Assembly (NCBI GenBank): GCA_051294375.1
Contig: CM119267.1
Coordinates: 2,519,315-2,583,314, forward strand
DNA length: 64,000 nt
Direction: 5' to 3'
Source of the DNA: Paraspadella gotoi
Taxonomy: Eukaryota; Animalia; Chaetognatha
Part shown: positions 1-14,972 of the stretch, piece by piece
How positions within the stretch are numbered: position 1 is the first letter of the stretch
Layout of the letters: every line of letters begins with the position of its first letter
Program-made: the position numbers and the translations under genes
Notes under the pieces: model-generated
What the model saw: only the letters and a program-made list of their open reading frames with translations
Databases searched by the model: none
What the model was told of the DNA's origin: nothing

Positions 1-900
1 TTCCTACCCTCTCTTCTCTCTCCCCTCTCCTCTTTCTCTCTCCTTTTTCTCCTCCTCCTCTGCTCCTCCTCTTTCTCTCTCCCCCCGCTCCTCTAATTTT
101 TCTCTCCTCTTTTCTCCTTCTCCTCCCTTCCTTCCTCCCTCCTATCTCTCTCCCCTCTCAACTTCCCCTCTTTTTCTCTCACTCTTTCTCCCTTCCTCGC
201 CTTCCTCCTTCCGTCCTCGCCTCTTTCCGTCTCCCCTCCTTCCCGGTCCCGACGTCCCTCTCTCCTCTTCGTCCTCTTTTCTGCCTTTCCTTGCCCTTTC
301 CTTCCCTTCCTTCCTCCCCTCCTCTCTCCTCTCTTCCCTCTTTTTTCCTCTGCTTTCTCCCCTCCTTTCCTGTCTCCTCCTCTTGCTTCTCTCTCCTGTC
401 CACCTTTCCCTCCTCTCTCCCTGTCCTCTTCCCTCCCATCTTCTCAACTCTTTACTCTTCCCCTCCTCCCCTTCCCCTCTTTTTCTCTTCCTCTTTTCTC
501 CTTCCTCCCTTCCTCCTTTCCTTCCTCCCTCGTTTCTCTCTTCCCCTCTCCTTCCCCCTTCTTTTTCTCCTTCTCTCCTTTCTCCCTTCTCCCTGTCTTC
601 CTCTCCTCTTTCTGCTCTCCCTACTCCTTCCCCCTCTTCCTCCACTTTCTACTTCCTCTCCTTTCCTCCTTCCCTATCCTTTTTTCCCAGCTTCCTTTTA
701 CCCTTCCTCCTTCCCTCTTTCTCTGCCTTTCTCACCTTTCCTCCCTTCTCTTCTTCCTCCTTCCCCCTCTTCTCCTCTTCTTCCCGTATTTTTCTCTCCT
801 CCTTTCTCCCTTCTCCTTTATCCTTTGCTTACTCCCTCCCTTCCTCCCTTCCCTCCTCATCCTCCCTTCCTCCCTTCCCTCCATCTCCTTCCTTTCTCTC
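1..900. repeat. Polypyrimidine (C/T) low-complexity tract
   Basis: Almost entirely C and T over 900 nt. Confidence 0.9.
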
Positions 901-1059
901 CGCCACTGAAATCCAAATGAATTCCCGATTGTGATTTTCTATGGCGACGCGTGAACTTCTCGTTTAGATAAGTAAAAACAAATGATTCAGAATCTCGGAA
1001 TAAATGCGTTTTTGAAAGTGGCCGATTTGGCGGAAGCGTGCGGCGTCGCGCGGCAGGAG

Positions 1060-1752
1060 GGGCGGGCGGCAGCGGACGGCAGCGGTCGGCAGCGGGCAGC
1101 ACCGAGCGGCAGCGGGCAGCACCGAGCGGCAGCGGGCGGCAGCGGGCGGCAGCGNNNNNNNNNNNNNNNNNNNNNNNNNNNNNNNNNNNNNNNNNNNNNN
1201 NNNNNNNNNNNNNNNNNNNNNNNNNNNNNNNNNNNNNNNNNNNNNNNNNNNNNNNNNNNNNNNNNNNNNNNNNNNNNNNNNNNNNNNNNNNNNNNNNNNN
1301 NNNNNNNNNNNNNNNNNNNNNNNNNNNNNNNNNNNNNNNNNNNNNNNNNNNNGTGGTAGCACATGTCAACGGGATGTGGCAGCAGCGGAAGAAGACATGA
1401 AAAGCAAAAAGACGGTAGAGGATGATGTGGGCGGCTGGAGTGGCAGCTGGAAGCAGCAAATGGTGGCAACCAGCAGAAAAGGACAGAGGTGGCAGCGGTG
1501 GTAGCAGCCACAGGGAGTGGCAATGGGCTACAGTAGGCTGCAGCAGCAAGTAGCTATGAGCGGCATTGCTTGAAAGCAAGTGGCAGTGAACAGTAGTATG
1601 ATGTGTCTAGCTGCATAAAGCGGCAGTGGGTAGCAGTGGGCGGTAGCGGGCGTCGGCAGTGGGCGGCAGCGAGTGGCAGCGGGCAGCAGCGGGCGGCAGC
1701 AGAGGGCAGCGGGCGGAAACGGTTGGCAGCAGGCGGTAGTGGACGGCAGCGA
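1060..1752. repeat. GC-rich (GGCAGC/GGGCGGCAGC) degenerate tandem repeat interrupted by Ns
   Basis: gcagcgggcg units at 1060-1154 and 1620-1752. Confidence 0.75.
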
Positions 1753-1882
1753 ACGTCAAATTGCAAAAGAAACATTTAAAGAATTTTGATTTTAAAATTT
1801 TATTTAATCAAAAGTTTCCTTTTAAATCAATATTATTATTAATTATTACATTCGGCTAGAGATGGTCGGGCTGTCAGATATA

Positions 1883-2101
1883 ATTTTGGTCTCTCGGTAA
1901 TTATTTTGGTGTCTCAGTCATTTTGGGTCTGTCGGTCATCATTTTGGGTTGGTCGATCATTATTTGGGTCTGTCAGTCATCATTTTGGTCTGTCGGTCAT
2001 TATTTTGGTGTCTCAGTCATTTTGGGTCTGTCAGTCATCATTTTGGGTCTGTCGGTTATCATTTTGGGTTGGTCGATCATTATTTGGGTCTGTCGGTCAT
2101 G
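1883..2101. repeat. Minisatellite, about 20-bp unit (ttttgggtctgtcggtcatca)
   Basis: About 10 degenerate tandem copies. Confidence 0.88.
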
Positions 2102-2230
2102 ATTACCTCGTCTTCGCATCGTTTAGTCTTAAGACTTTTCATCTCTTTTAAATTTGAGTTCAGTTTTGTTTATTTTTGTTTTTTATTTCTCCTTAAGAAA
2201 AAGGGAGGAGGATAAAAGGGGATATGTGTC

Positions 2231-2287
<57 letters not shown>

Positions 2288-3119
2288 CGAGAGAGAGAGA
2301 GGTTAGAGAGAGACAATTTTAATCTAAATGAATAAAAGCCAATCGCCTCTTTTATTGTCTGGTGGGAGGAAAATTGGAGCGTTGGGGTGGGGGGGGTGGG
2401 GGGAGTGAAAATGGATCGAGGAAATGAATCAAAAGGGAAAACGAATTGTGGTGTGAAACTAGAGGAAAAAATAGATTGTAGGGGATGTTGTGGGGGAAAG
2501 GGAAATTAGATTGTGGTTTAGGTGAGGGAGCAATTGAACCCTGGGTTGAATGATTGATTTAGTAGAATTGGATTCGAAGAGATGGTTCATAAAAGGAAGT
2601 TAAGAAAAAGGGAAAGGGCGAGATCGAGTGAGAGGATGAAAGAAATCTAAATCGTGAATCGTGAAAAGAAAAGGAGTAAAGAAAAGAAAAGAAAAGAAGA
2701 GAAAAGAAATAAAATTTGGGCAGAAAAATAGTGTTGCCCTCAGTGACCATTATCTTTAGCACCGAAAACAACCACTTTTTCTTTCTTTCTATTTTTCTTT
2801 TTCCTCTTCTTTTTTTCTCTTCTTTTTTTATAATCATTTTTTCTTTTGACCATTCTTTTATCGTAAATACCTCTCTTTCGCTACCTCTCTTGACAATAAC
2901 TTCTTTTTCGTCGAGAAATCCTTTTAATCCTTTTTTTCCTTTTTTTATTCCTTTTTTAATTCAACTTCCTTCTTGTTGTTTTCTCCTTTATTCTTTTCTT
3001 ATTTTTTTCTTTTTCCTTTTTCTTTCCTCCCTTTCCTTTCCTCTCTTCCTCCATCCTCTTCTGTCCGGAACCGATGATTCATTCTTCCCATTTCTTCTCA
3101 TTTCCTCTTTATCAATTTC

Positions 3120-3183
<64 letters not shown>

Positions 3184-5001
3184 GGCCGAAGCATAAATTA
3201 TTTAAAAGATTCTTATCCCATGTTTTTAGTTTTTATTCATTTCCTTTATTTGATATTTTATTTATTCATCGATTTTAAATTCGTAGATTCATATTCGGTC
3301 TTGAAGCAAAACGTGAGAAATATTTACTGGTTTATAATAACAAATAATAACTTAACCTGGCATATTAATCAATTGGGGATCCTTTTTCTCGAAACGTTTA
3401 ATTATTCCTAATTAGGTCTTTAACTACGTTTATTTTGAATGAGGTTGAGTTCTTCAATCTCATTTACATATTGTAGTAGTTTAGATAATTTTTCATATCC
3501 TAGCAATACTTTTAACGGACGCTATGAATGAATTATATATAGTTTTATAATTATAAAGTTAATACGCCCGTGCGTTGGAATTCGTTTTTTCCACGAGAAT
3601 AATTTAAGAGAAGACAGGACTAGACAATTAGACATGTCGGGACTAGGGAATGTCATTAGCGTCTTTTGTTTTGTTTTTGTTGTTAGCGTCTCTTTTTGAT
3701 TTTATTCGTGTCTGATGATTAGCATTGTTGTGGTCCCTCTTCCCTTTACTGTAAAACATTTTATGTTTTTTGATTTGTGGTTTTTTTTTTGAATGTTTAT
3801 TAACGTTTTATACTTGACCTTTTTCAGTTTTTTACTGTTTCTGGTTTTCATGATTTTGACAACTGATCTTTGAACGTTCTTGAACGTTATATTTTATAGT
3901 TTCTTATGAATTTGTTCATAACGTTTTAATTTTAATTAATTATTCATGGTATATCCTTTCTTTTCGTTGTTGTATAGAGATTTACAAAGAATTTTGAATT
4001 GTTACAACGATTTTATTATTATTTCTGTCTTTTCTGTCTGTTTGTCTATATTTTTATCGGTCTTTCTATCGGTGAATGAAGATAACACCAAATAAGGTTA
4101 AATAAGAAAAGAAAATTCATTATGTAAACAGGTACTATTATCTGAATCACGTGTTATTGCAGATCCAATGGGAAACGAGAAAGAATGATCAACCTTTATA
4201 AAGGAGTCAAAGAGGAAGAGGAGGAGGAGGAAGAGGAGAAGGAGGAAAAAGAGAAAGCAGAAGGCAAAATTTTAAAGTAAATTTTAAGCATTAAATGAAA
4301 ATAAAATTTTAATTTTAATTTTTGGGTTGTAAACGCAAAATTAATTTTTACTGTTAAATCGGAATCTCGTTGTTTCCATAACGAGGTTCTGCTCTCAAGT
4401 TCACGGGCGCCGCCATATTTTCTTACCCCCCCCCCTCTACCTCTCCATCTTGATCTAATGAGGTTGGGTCGAACGGGCGGCGACCAACAAAGATTTATCC
4501 CCTTAACAGCAAAACTCTGAAAATAAAAAACCCTTCAGCTATTTTTACCTTAAAATAGCGAGAGTAAAAAGAAAGAGGAAAGAAGATAAAAGGGAGAAAT
4601 AAGGAGAAAAGAAGGAAAGAAGAGGAAGGGAGGAAAGGAGTGAACAAAGAATAAAGGAGAGATAAGGAGGAAAGGAGATAAAAAGAGAAAATAAGAAAAA
4701 GGAGGAAAGAAGAGAAAAAGGAGGAAAGGAGAGAAAGATGAGGAAAGGAGAGAAAAAGGAGGAAAGAAGAAAAAGGGAGGAAAGAGGAGAAAAAAAACCA
4801 AAAAAATGATAAGACAAGAATGAAATGGGAGACGAAGACGAAAAGAAGAAAAAGAAAAAGAAGAAAAGAAAAGAGAAAAGGTCGGTGGCCAATGACAAGA
4901 AGTAGAAACAAACGTAAAGGAAAAAGTAAGCTATTTTATAAGGGGAATCATTAAGAGAGTTAGGGAGGGAGACAAGTAGCGAGAGAGAGAGAGAGAGAGA
5001 G

Positions 5002-5045
<44 letters not shown>

Positions 5046-6030
5046 AAAGAGAGAAAGAGAGAGACACCGAGAAGAGAGAAAGAGTAGAGAGAGAGAGAGA
5101 GAGACATCAGAAAGAGAGAGAGAGAGAGAACCAGAGAAGAGAGAGAGAGAGAGAGAGAGGAGAAGAGACACAGAGAAGAGAGAGAAGAGAAGACAACAGA
5201 GAAGAAGAGAGAGAAGAGAGAGAAGAAGAAGAGAGAGAGAGAACGAGAGAGAGTGATTCCAACATCTTGAGTCGGCTTTAAATCATTTCCGGTGGCCCTG
5301 ATTTTTCTTGGCGAAGGTGAGGCGATGATCCTTGACGAGGTGAGCGCCGCTTTTGGCGCCGGCGTTTGGCGCCGGAAGAAGAAGCGCCGGAAATAAGCGC
5401 CGGTAGAAGAAGCGCCGGAAATGAAGGTGAACGACGCCGAGAAATAATTTACGGCCCAAGGACCAAAAAATCGTCGTTAAGCTGGAGTAGGGGTCACCCA
5501 AAAAGAGATGGGAGAAGGAAAAGGAGGAAAAAAGGAAAGGGAGGAAGGAGAATGGAGAAGGAAAAGGAAAGAAGAAAAAAAGGAGGAAGAAGAATAAAAA
5601 AAAGAAAATGGAGGAAAGAAGAAAAGGGAGGAAGAAAAATAAAAAAGGAAAAGGGAGGAAGAAACAAAAGGGGAATGGAGAATGGAGAAGGAAACGGAAG
5701 TAAGGGAGGAAGGGGAGGAAGGAGAATGGAGAAGGAAAAGGGAGGAAGGGAGGAAGGAAAATAAAGAAAGAAAAGGGGAGAAGGAAGGAAAGGAAGGAAG
5801 GAGAAGGGAGAAGAAAAACTAAGGACGGGAGGAAGGGGAGGTAGAAGATGAGAGAAGGTAAAGAAAGGAAGGAAGGCAATATAAGGAAAAAGTTATGGGG
5901 TCAATAAGCAAGTAAAATAAATAACCGTTTTTTGTTTAACTGAAAATTAGGGATCTGAAAGTCAGCGTTGAGAAGAAAGAAAGAGAGAGAGAGAGAGAGA
6001 GGGAGAACCGGACGTGACGAGAGAATGCAT

Positions 6031-6071
<41 letters not shown>

Positions 6072-7414
6072 AAGCGCTCAATTGAAAAACAAACAACAGA
6101 GGAACTCTGACCCTCGTAATTCAGAGAAATTGAAATCCCCGGATGAGGGAAGAATCCCCGACAAAACATTTCCCCTCTGCTTTCTCTTTGAAACTCCTTC
6201 TCTTCCCTTCATCATTCCGTCTCTCTGTCACAATCATTAAAGTTATCATCTTCTTAGGCATCATAATCATCATCGACATCTTCATGCGCATCATAATCAA
6301 ACTCATCCACATCATCATCAATGTTAACATATTGAATATCAGTGACATCATCCTCATCGCGTTTATCATCATCATTATCACCAACAGGTGAGAAAACAAG
6401 GACGNNNNNNNNNNTTTGGTCCCTAACTCAGATTTAAGGTTCGGGAAGACAACAGCGACAACAACAACAACAACTTTTTCTTCGCGCATCTTTTCTTAGA
6501 AATGAGATTTCAACTGTGACGGAAATCAAGGAAAAAAACTTCAAATTTTCTATTGCTGTTAAAAAAAAATACAATTCATAATAAACAACTATACAAATTA
6601 TTAAAATCAAAAAACTTTTCTTAAAAAAATTTTCATGCTATTTTTGGCACCGCTGGCACAATTTATAATGATGAATTTGACAAAGGAATTTTTTATAAAC
6701 ATAAAAACAAAACCAATAATTTAAATATGAATCATCAATAAAGAGTTTTTGAAAAATCCTTTTTAAATTATTACATTTTATAGATAGTATATTATTTATG
6801 GTTTTGTTCTCATCCTACAACTTATCAGTTATATACATCTAAAACAAACGCTCAATTCTACTATTAATAATATTAATATTAATATTAATAACATTATCCT
6901 GAGAATTCAGTTTTTAATTCCACCTCCTTTTTTCAGATTCTCAACTTCCTGGTCCTCTCACTCTCACCCTCGTCTCGGTCTCTCTCTCACTCTCGCTCGT
7001 TCTCTTCTCAGTCTCTGTCTTTCTCTCTCTGTCTCACTCTGTGTATCTCCCTGCATTTCAATCGTGTTGGATCACGTGACCTCTAAGCCTTTTGTTTTTC
7101 TTCTACGGGGATTTTTTCTTTTCTTTTCTTTTCTTTTCTTTTCTTTTCTTTTCTCTTCTCTTCTCTTCTCTTCTCTTCTCTTCTCTTCTCTTCTCTTCTC
7201 TTCTCTTCTCTTCTCTTCTCTTTTCTTTTCTTTTCTTTTCTTTTTTCTTTTTTCATTCGTTTTTCTGTCCTTTTTTTTTCAAGGGAACATTCTTGCTTAA
7301 CATTTATTTAATGTCGAACAAATTTTGTCTTTTTGAATTCCTTCTGTTTAATTTTAGTTTTATTCTCGCCACATCTTTTTATTCAGTTCACCTACATTTC
7401 TCCCAGGTCAAGTC

Positions 7415-7620
7415 ACACACTCCACATTCCCCACATCTCACTTCCCACATCTTACTCTCTCCTTTCTTACCTCACTTTCCACACTCCACACTTCCCACAT
7501 CTCACTTCCCACATCCCACTGACTCCTTCCATATCTAACTTTCCACACACCACACTTCCCACATCTCACTTCCCACATCCCACATTCTCCTTCCATACCT
7601 CACTTTCCACACTCCACGGT
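7415..7620. repeat. Degenerate CA/CT minisatellite (ctcacttcccacat / ttccacactccaca)
   Basis: Repeated units visible directly. Confidence 0.75.
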
Positions 7621-8036
7621 CCCACCCCAAATGTAGACAAGGATTCATCTTTTGTCGACACATGTCACAATGTTGAAGATATCGTCGTCGTCGTTGTCGT
7701 CATCGTCGTCGTCGTCTTCGTCGTCATCTTTGTCGTCTTCGTCGTCGTCTTCGTTGTCATCTTCGGCGTTGTCGTTTTCAAATGGAATGTTCAATTAATT
7801 TTTTATTAACTCTATTCTCCTGGAAGCCACATATCGAAGTTAATTTATTTATCAAGTTATAATTTTATTAGATATAAAAGGAGCCATGCAATATTTATTT
7901 AACAATTTCTCACTTATCTGTTTTTGCCTTCTTTCTTTTGTTTTCTTTTTTTTTTATCAAAAGCAAAATCTCAACATTTTCTGTCTCATTTTACTTCTTC
8001 TTTATATGCCTCATATTTTTATTTTCTCGACATTTC

Positions 8037-8157
<121 letters not shown>

Positions 8158-9361
8158 AGAGAGAGAAAGAGAGAGAGCTTTTTCCTCGACTCTCCCTCTA
8201 TCGGCCATTTCCCGCGATATCTTCATTGTTCTTTTATTTGTCCTCCAGGACTCGCGTCCCTTTTGTTTGCGTTTTCGCTATTTTTTCTACAGTCGCCATC
8301 TCTCATCGGACCGACACAGTTACAAAGTGACGAGCTATGCCCATTGACGCCTTCTCTGATATTACAAAGAGGAAGGCCTTTTAAAAGAATATAAATATCA
8401 CTAACTCTCTCTCTCTCTCTCTCTCTCTCTNNNNNNNNNNNNNNNNNNNNNNNNNNNNNNNNNNNNNNNNNNNNNNNNNNNNNNNNNNNNNNNNNNNNNN
8501 NNNNNNNNNNNNNNNNNNNNNNNNNNNNNNNNNNNNNNNNNNNNNNNNNNNNNNNNNNNNNNNNNNNNNNNNNNNNNNNNNNNNNNNNNNNNNNNNNNNN
8601 NNNNNNNNNNNNNNNNNNNNNNNNNNNNNNNNNNNNNNNNNNNNNNNNNNNNNNNNNNNNNNNNNNNNNNNNNNNNNNNNNNNNNNNNNNNNNNNNNNNN
8701 NNNNNNNNNNNNNNNNNNNNNNNNNNNNNNNNNNNNNNNNNNNNNNNNNNNNNNNNNNNNNNNNNNNNNNNNNNNNNNNNNNNNNNNNNNNNNNNNNNNN
8801 NNNNNNNNNNNNNNNNNNNNNNNNNNNNNNNNNNNNNNNNNNNNNNNNNNNNNNNNNNNNNNNNNNNNNNNNNNNNNNNNNNNNNNNNNNNNNNNNNNNN
8901 NNNAAAGACTTCCTTTATCTTTCTCTCTCTCTCTCTCTCAGCAAATATAAGGGATGGAGAATGTGGAGTTCTTGCTATAAGTTGTTCAAGACATTGTGGC
9001 TAACCTTTAGGTAGAGAATGTGGAACAGATTGTGGCAAACACTAAAATAGAGATTGTATTGAGTTGATTGCGTCAGAGATTGTGGCAGCGATTGCGGCAG
9101 ATATTGCGGCATAGATTGCTGCGGAGATTTTAGAGAGATTGTGGCTGCAATTGCAGCAGAGACTTTACAAGCGATTGCGGCAGCGATTGCGGCAACGATT
9201 GCGGCATAGAATGCGGCAGATTGCAGTTAAAGTGGTGAAGATCAAGGCGGTGCCTTTGAAGCTTTTGCCTCAGGTCATGGGGTCTTCGAGACGAGAAAGA
9301 TTATTAGACCTATGGTCGAACAGGGGAGAGAGAGAGAGGAGAGAGGAGAGAAGAGAGAGAT

Positions 9362-9392
<31 letters not shown>

Positions 9393-12300
9393 GAGAGAGA
9401 GAGAGATAGAGCGCTGTGGGTTAGGGTTCTAATTTAATGAGAGCAGTCCAATTAGCAGACTTTAATGGCCGAGACTCCGGAATTATTCTGTCTCTCGTCT
9501 CTCTCTTTTTCTCTCTCTCTCTCACTCTCTCTCTCTCACTTTTTCTCGGTCGCTATGTCCTCTAAATTTACTTTTTGAATTGATTCATATTTTTTTTGCC
9601 AATTTTTCTACAAAACTTTATCCATTATTTTTAATTAAAAGAAAACAGAATGTTTTCTCTACTTTGACTTNNNNNNNNNNNNNNNNNNNNNNNNNNNNNN
9701 NNNNNNNNNNNNNNNNNNNNNNNNNNNNNNNNNNNNNNNNNNNNNNNNNNNNNNNNNNNNNNNNNNNNNNNNNNNNNNNNNNNNNNNNNNNNNNNNNNNN
9801 NNNNNNNNNNNNNNNNNNNNNNNNNNNNNNNNNNNNNNNNNNNNNNNNNNNNNNNNNNNNNNNNNNNNNNNNNNNNNNNNNNNNNNNNNNNNNNNNNNNN
9901 NNNNNNNNNNNNNNNNNNNNNNNNNNNNNNNNNNNNNNNNNNNNNNNNNNNNNNAGACTCGCTGCAAATCAAAACGAAGGACGAATGAAAAAGGGCAGTC
10001 ATGATTCGTGACAATAAAAAATTCGGAAAAACCTCATCTGGAGAAAAGGAAGAGAGATGGTTAATATGGGACCGCACAGGTGATTCCTCACGTGCAACTT
10101 GCAGGTTGTTGATTTACTGCATTTGCATCTTTAATAAAAATCCTCCCAAATCAAATTTCTTTCTAATGCGCATGATGATAAGAAAAAGCGGCCATTCGTC
10201 TTCTGAGAGATCCTCAGCGGGACAAAGGTTTTAGAGATTACAGATGAATATAAGGATATCAGTTGCCTGAAACGCCGGGACCCGTTCTTACAAAGATAAA
10301 AGTGTTACAAGCAGAATGCCCTCCATTGTTAAGTGGAAGTTATGGATCTCTGATCCGTCTACTACGGGCCAGACAAGAATGAATGTCTGTTACTAGATTC
10401 GTTAAACTTACTGTCTAAGGCATATTTCTTCTATTTAAGATGAATGAACAAGGTATAATACAGAATTTTTGTGAGAGAAAGGTATCTTCCATTTTCCTGG
10501 AACGAACAAATATTATTTAGCCAGAATTTTTGTGAGAGAAAAGGGATTCTCCACAATTTTCTGGTTCGATTGAACAAAGACTTCCTGTTTGAAGTTCATC
10601 TGGGAGAACATGATATGGACCACCTGTTCGACCCAGACATATGTTTAAATTGATTGCTCTGAGTATTACACACCAGGGATAAAATAGACTGGTTAAGGAA
10701 AAGATTAAAACTGCCATTTCTCTACCGGTATGCAAGGGAAACTTGTTTCAGTCTCGGGTTGGGAGTGACGATAATGAAAATTTTTTGTGGGAGGGGTAGT
10801 GGAGTGATTAATTGGAAAATTAAATTTTTTTTTACTGGAACAATAAGCTAACATTCTTTCGTTTTGTTTTCCTAATGTTTTTCTCTTTAAGGGAATCGCC
10901 ACAGTTCCAAGGATCCACACTCGCTCAAACCACACTCGCCCGCGAAAAGCGCGCTAACACTCACAGAAAGTGTGGCCACAGGTTTTTGTAAAAGAAGGTA
11001 TAAACCCTGCGCAGGATTAGAACAATGTACATGTTATGAGTATGTTGACATAGAACTGTCACCTTGTTTGAAAATCACGAATTAAATTCGTCTCTCCATT
11101 AATACAAAGGAAACTCTGGATACGGATCCAGCTATGGTATCATCTATGGATGAAATATTGTTACTGATATTTTCATTTAACTATAGCACAAAATTCCTCT
11201 CTTAAATATATATCGATAATGCATAATGAGCGTAAATTTTCAAAATAATTAATATTTGCAATTTTATTAAAAATTTATATGAGAGAATATTTTTAAATTA
11301 AAATAAAAAATAACAAATCATGATTAAATGTAAATACTAGTTATTGAAATACTATTCAGATGAGAAATTTTACCCACATGCTGGTTTAGTTGTGGAATGT
11401 GTGATGGTATGTACGCAACAACGTATGCCATGAGTATGTAACTGACTGACTGACCGACTTATAGACTTGGTATTATTTTCCTCTTCTAGATGTTCATAAA
11501 TCTAACTTTTAGTATATATACTTAAGAACAATGTTTCCAAATGATAACGAAACCCTGTTTGATAATATTAATTGAATATTCTTTGAAAAAAAATATTAAT
11601 ACTTAAATGGGAAAATGATAAAATAATAAAACATTTTTTTTAACAAAACTGTTTTGTGCTTTTCCTGTTATATGCTGCACATCCCCTCACGTGCTTTTCA
11701 TATTATACTCTTCACGCCTTGCACCGCGTTGTTGTTGTCTTGTTTCTTTGTAAAAGAAAGAAAATTTTTAAAAAATTTATCATGGACATAAAATAAGAAA
11801 ATGCAGTTACTTTCCAAAATTTAATTTTGTTTATTTCATTTATGTTAATAACAAATGTTAAGGAATAATAAATTAAAATGTCAGTTTAAGTGAGATAAAG
11901 TAACTGTATTGATGATAATAATTAAATAATGATATTTTTTGATGCATTAATTTTTTTGAAAAAGAAGGACAGGATGGAGTGTGACATGTTAAAAAATTTG
12001 AAAAAAAAAATACTTGAAATTGCGCTGTACCATAAGTGAGAGATGAACACATCTTAATCAAGGCGGCCGCTGACCTTCCTTGGTGACCCAAAGTCAAAAG
12101 TCAAAAAGGTTACGAGAAAAGGTCACATTTAGACATTGATCAACGTTATTTTATGTGACAGCTAAGTAATAATCATGGGAATGCAAAGTTAATTAATTAA
12201 TTAATAGTTTTAATTTGTTGTTGTCTATTCATTTACAGTAAGAATTAAATTGCATTCCCTATTCGTTGATGATTCACATCATATTAAAGAACTACTAAAT

Positions 12301-13559
12301 CACTGATACGGTGAAATCGGTGACCTCTGCATTAGAATGTGCGGGACTGATTCCGTCACAATAATTGTTTCTAGCAACGAACATTAATCAGCTTATCAAA
12401 TATGTCATAATTCACTATCAATTACTTATTCTTAGGTATTGGTAGCTTATTGATATTAATAAATTCGATCATTCAACACAACCACTTTAATTATTTTATT
12501 GATTTCCTTAAGGCTTCAGGATCACCCAGATTCTGGCGGTTCATTGGCCGATTCACAATGAGATGAGGATGCGAAAACGCACAGTTCCCTGGCCTGCCCA
12601 AGTCGAGGATTCTAATAGTTTGTTTACTATCGATCCGCGCATTGGTCGAAACAAGTTTAACTCAGAGTGACAAGTTTTGTTTTACTTCGATCGCGCTTTG
12701 ATCGAAGCAACTTTATTTGCAGTCCATAAAAAAAAATAAAATTTTGATCAATTTATTATTAATTTGGAACAGATTAGTAAGCAAACGTTTTATATTAAAA
12801 TTCGAGTTATTAGATTGCTATTAAGTTGAGTCTAAATCATAATTTCAGAATCCGTTTCTAAGCTAAACAATGGCGTTACGTACCATCCGTACAGAGTTTA
12901 GGCTGAGGTTTGCCAAAGGAAATATGTAAACATTTTAGTTTTTTTGTTTCCATTTGAGTTGCAAAAATATTGGGTTTTGATTGATCAATTTATTGATATT
13001 ACTATTTTACTTTGCTTTGCCGGCTTATTCTGCAAGAAACTGTTTATCCCCTTTTATGACGCGTTCTTTTTCTAAGTGTTTTATAACCTATTTAGCACAA
13101 TTTATTATCCAACTTGTTTTTAAGATCCTAATTATTTAGTGCATTTACCTTTTTCTCCTGAGCCACGTGTATTGTTTAGTAATTTTGGTTTTTTTTCCGT
13201 CCCTCATAATTTCCTTTTCGTTTTCTTTTGAATAATTAATAGTAACTTAATTAATTATATTTTAAGGAGGGGGTGTCAGAATACTCTGGTGCAACGCGCA
13301 AAGAAATCTCGGCGCCAGTGTTTTAAGAAATGACCACTTTCTTTCTTTGTAAAATGTAAACAATTGTACTTCGTCGATTCTGGTCGCGAATCTTGTTAGT
13401 TTTAGCGTGGCTCCCGAAGGAAACGTTCTCTTTAAATATTATTTTGTATTTGTTTACCTATATATTTTACAATAGAATATTACAAACCCCTGTGGTTTTA
13501 TATAAGGCCAAGGAGAATTCGTCAGAAAAACTATCTCCGTAGCTAGAGTATAGTGAACA

Positions 13560-14557
13560 CATTGTGGCTAACTTTAGGTAAGAGAATGTGGAACAGATTG
13601 TGGCAAAACACTAAAATAGAGATTGTAATGAGTTGATTGCCGTAGAGATGTGGCAGCGATTGCGGCAGATATTGCGGCAATAGATTTGCTGCGGAGATTT
13701 TAGAGAGAATTAGTGGCTGCAATTGCAGCAGAGACTTTTAACCAAGCGATGCGGCAGCGATTGCGGCAACGTATTGCGGCATAGAATGCGGCAGATTGCA
13801 GTTAAAAGTGGTGAAGATCAAGGCGGTGACCTTGAGAGCTTTCTTGCCATCAGGTCATTGGTCTTCGAGACGAGAAAGATTATTAGAGCTCAACTGGTTC
13901 GAACAGAGGAGAGAGAGAGAGAGAGCACGAGAGAGGAGAGAGAGAGAGAAGAGAGAGAGAGTAGAGAGAGAGACGAGAGAGACGAGAAGAGAGATAAGAG
14001 CGCTGGCCTGGGCATTTAATGAGAGCGTCAATAGCAGACTTTATGGCCTGAACTCCGGAATTATTCTCTCGTCTCTTCCCTACTCTCCATTTTCTCTCTC
14101 TCCTCTCCTCTACTTACTCTCACTTTTTCTCGGCTCGCTATGTCTACTAAAATTTACTTTTTGAACTTGATTCATACTTTTTTTTATTGCCAATTTTTCT
14201 ACAAAACTTTCATCCATTATGTTTTAATTAAAAGAAACAAATGTTTTTCTCTACTTTGACTTTTCTCCTGTTTCTTCGCTTAGTATTTACTTTGTTTTGG
14301 TTCAGTTTGTCACCTTTCTGATTCCTTTCTTTCCCCCTCCTCCTTCTCGATCCTCTCCTCTCTCGTCTCTCTCTCTCTTCTCTCTCTCTCTCTCTCTCTA
14401 CTCTCCTCTCCTTTTCCTTTCCTCCCGCCGCCCGGATTGTAGGGTCCCTCAGGTGGACAAACGACGCAGCCCACCACCACGGTCAATGTTCACATGGTAA
14501 ATGTCTCTTAAATTGGAAAACGGTCTCAAGGAGTCAGACGAGACAGAGATAGTCGAC

Positions 14558-14593
<36 letters not shown>

Positions 14594-14757
14594 AGGAAGA
14601 AGAGAGAGAGAAGGAGAGACGAGAGCAGAGACGCAGAGCGATAGACACGAGCACTCGCTGCCAAATTCAAAACACACGTAAGGACGAATGAAAAGGGGCA
14701 GTTCATGACTCTGTGACAATACAAAAAATTCGCGAACCAAACCCTTCATCCTGGAGA
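13560..14757 (+). repeat. Near-duplicate of about 8990-10040
   Basis: Same order of attgtggctaac..(gattgcggca)n..gtggtgaagatcaaggcggtg..(GA)n..ctactttgactt..gaaggacgaatgaaaa; differences are mostly 1-nt indels. Confidence 0.85.
14443..14496 (+). other. Possible isolated 54-nt exon (GPSGGQTTQPTTTVNVHM in phase 0)
   Basis: Pyrimidine tract, tgtag acceptor, ATG|GTAAAT donor, length divisible by 3; no partner exons identified. Confidence 0.3.
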
Positions 14758-14878
14758 TAAATCCTTAATGGATTTTTTGCCTTTTAATTATCGAAAGAAA
14801 ATTAAAGAAAAATTGAATAAAATAATACATCGTCAATAATAATGAATTCGAGATAAATATACCTTGAAATGTTGAGTG

Positions 14879-14920
<42 letters not shown>

Positions 14921-14932
14921 CGAGGAGAGAAA

Positions 14933-14972
<40 letters not shown>

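Noticed and set aside
1-934. Long ORFs rich in S/L/P/F or E/R/G/K here and at other CT/GA tracts
   Set aside because: Translations of polypyrimidine/polypurine low complexity; stop codons are compositionally rare.
5285-5400. Plus-strand VALIFLGEGEAMILDE|GTGAGC resembling an ABC Walker B
   Set aside because: Too short; no signature motif, acceptor or other ABC exons found.
10240-11160. Non-repetitive, possibly coding-like sequence
   Set aside because: Frequent stops in all frames and no recognisable motif.
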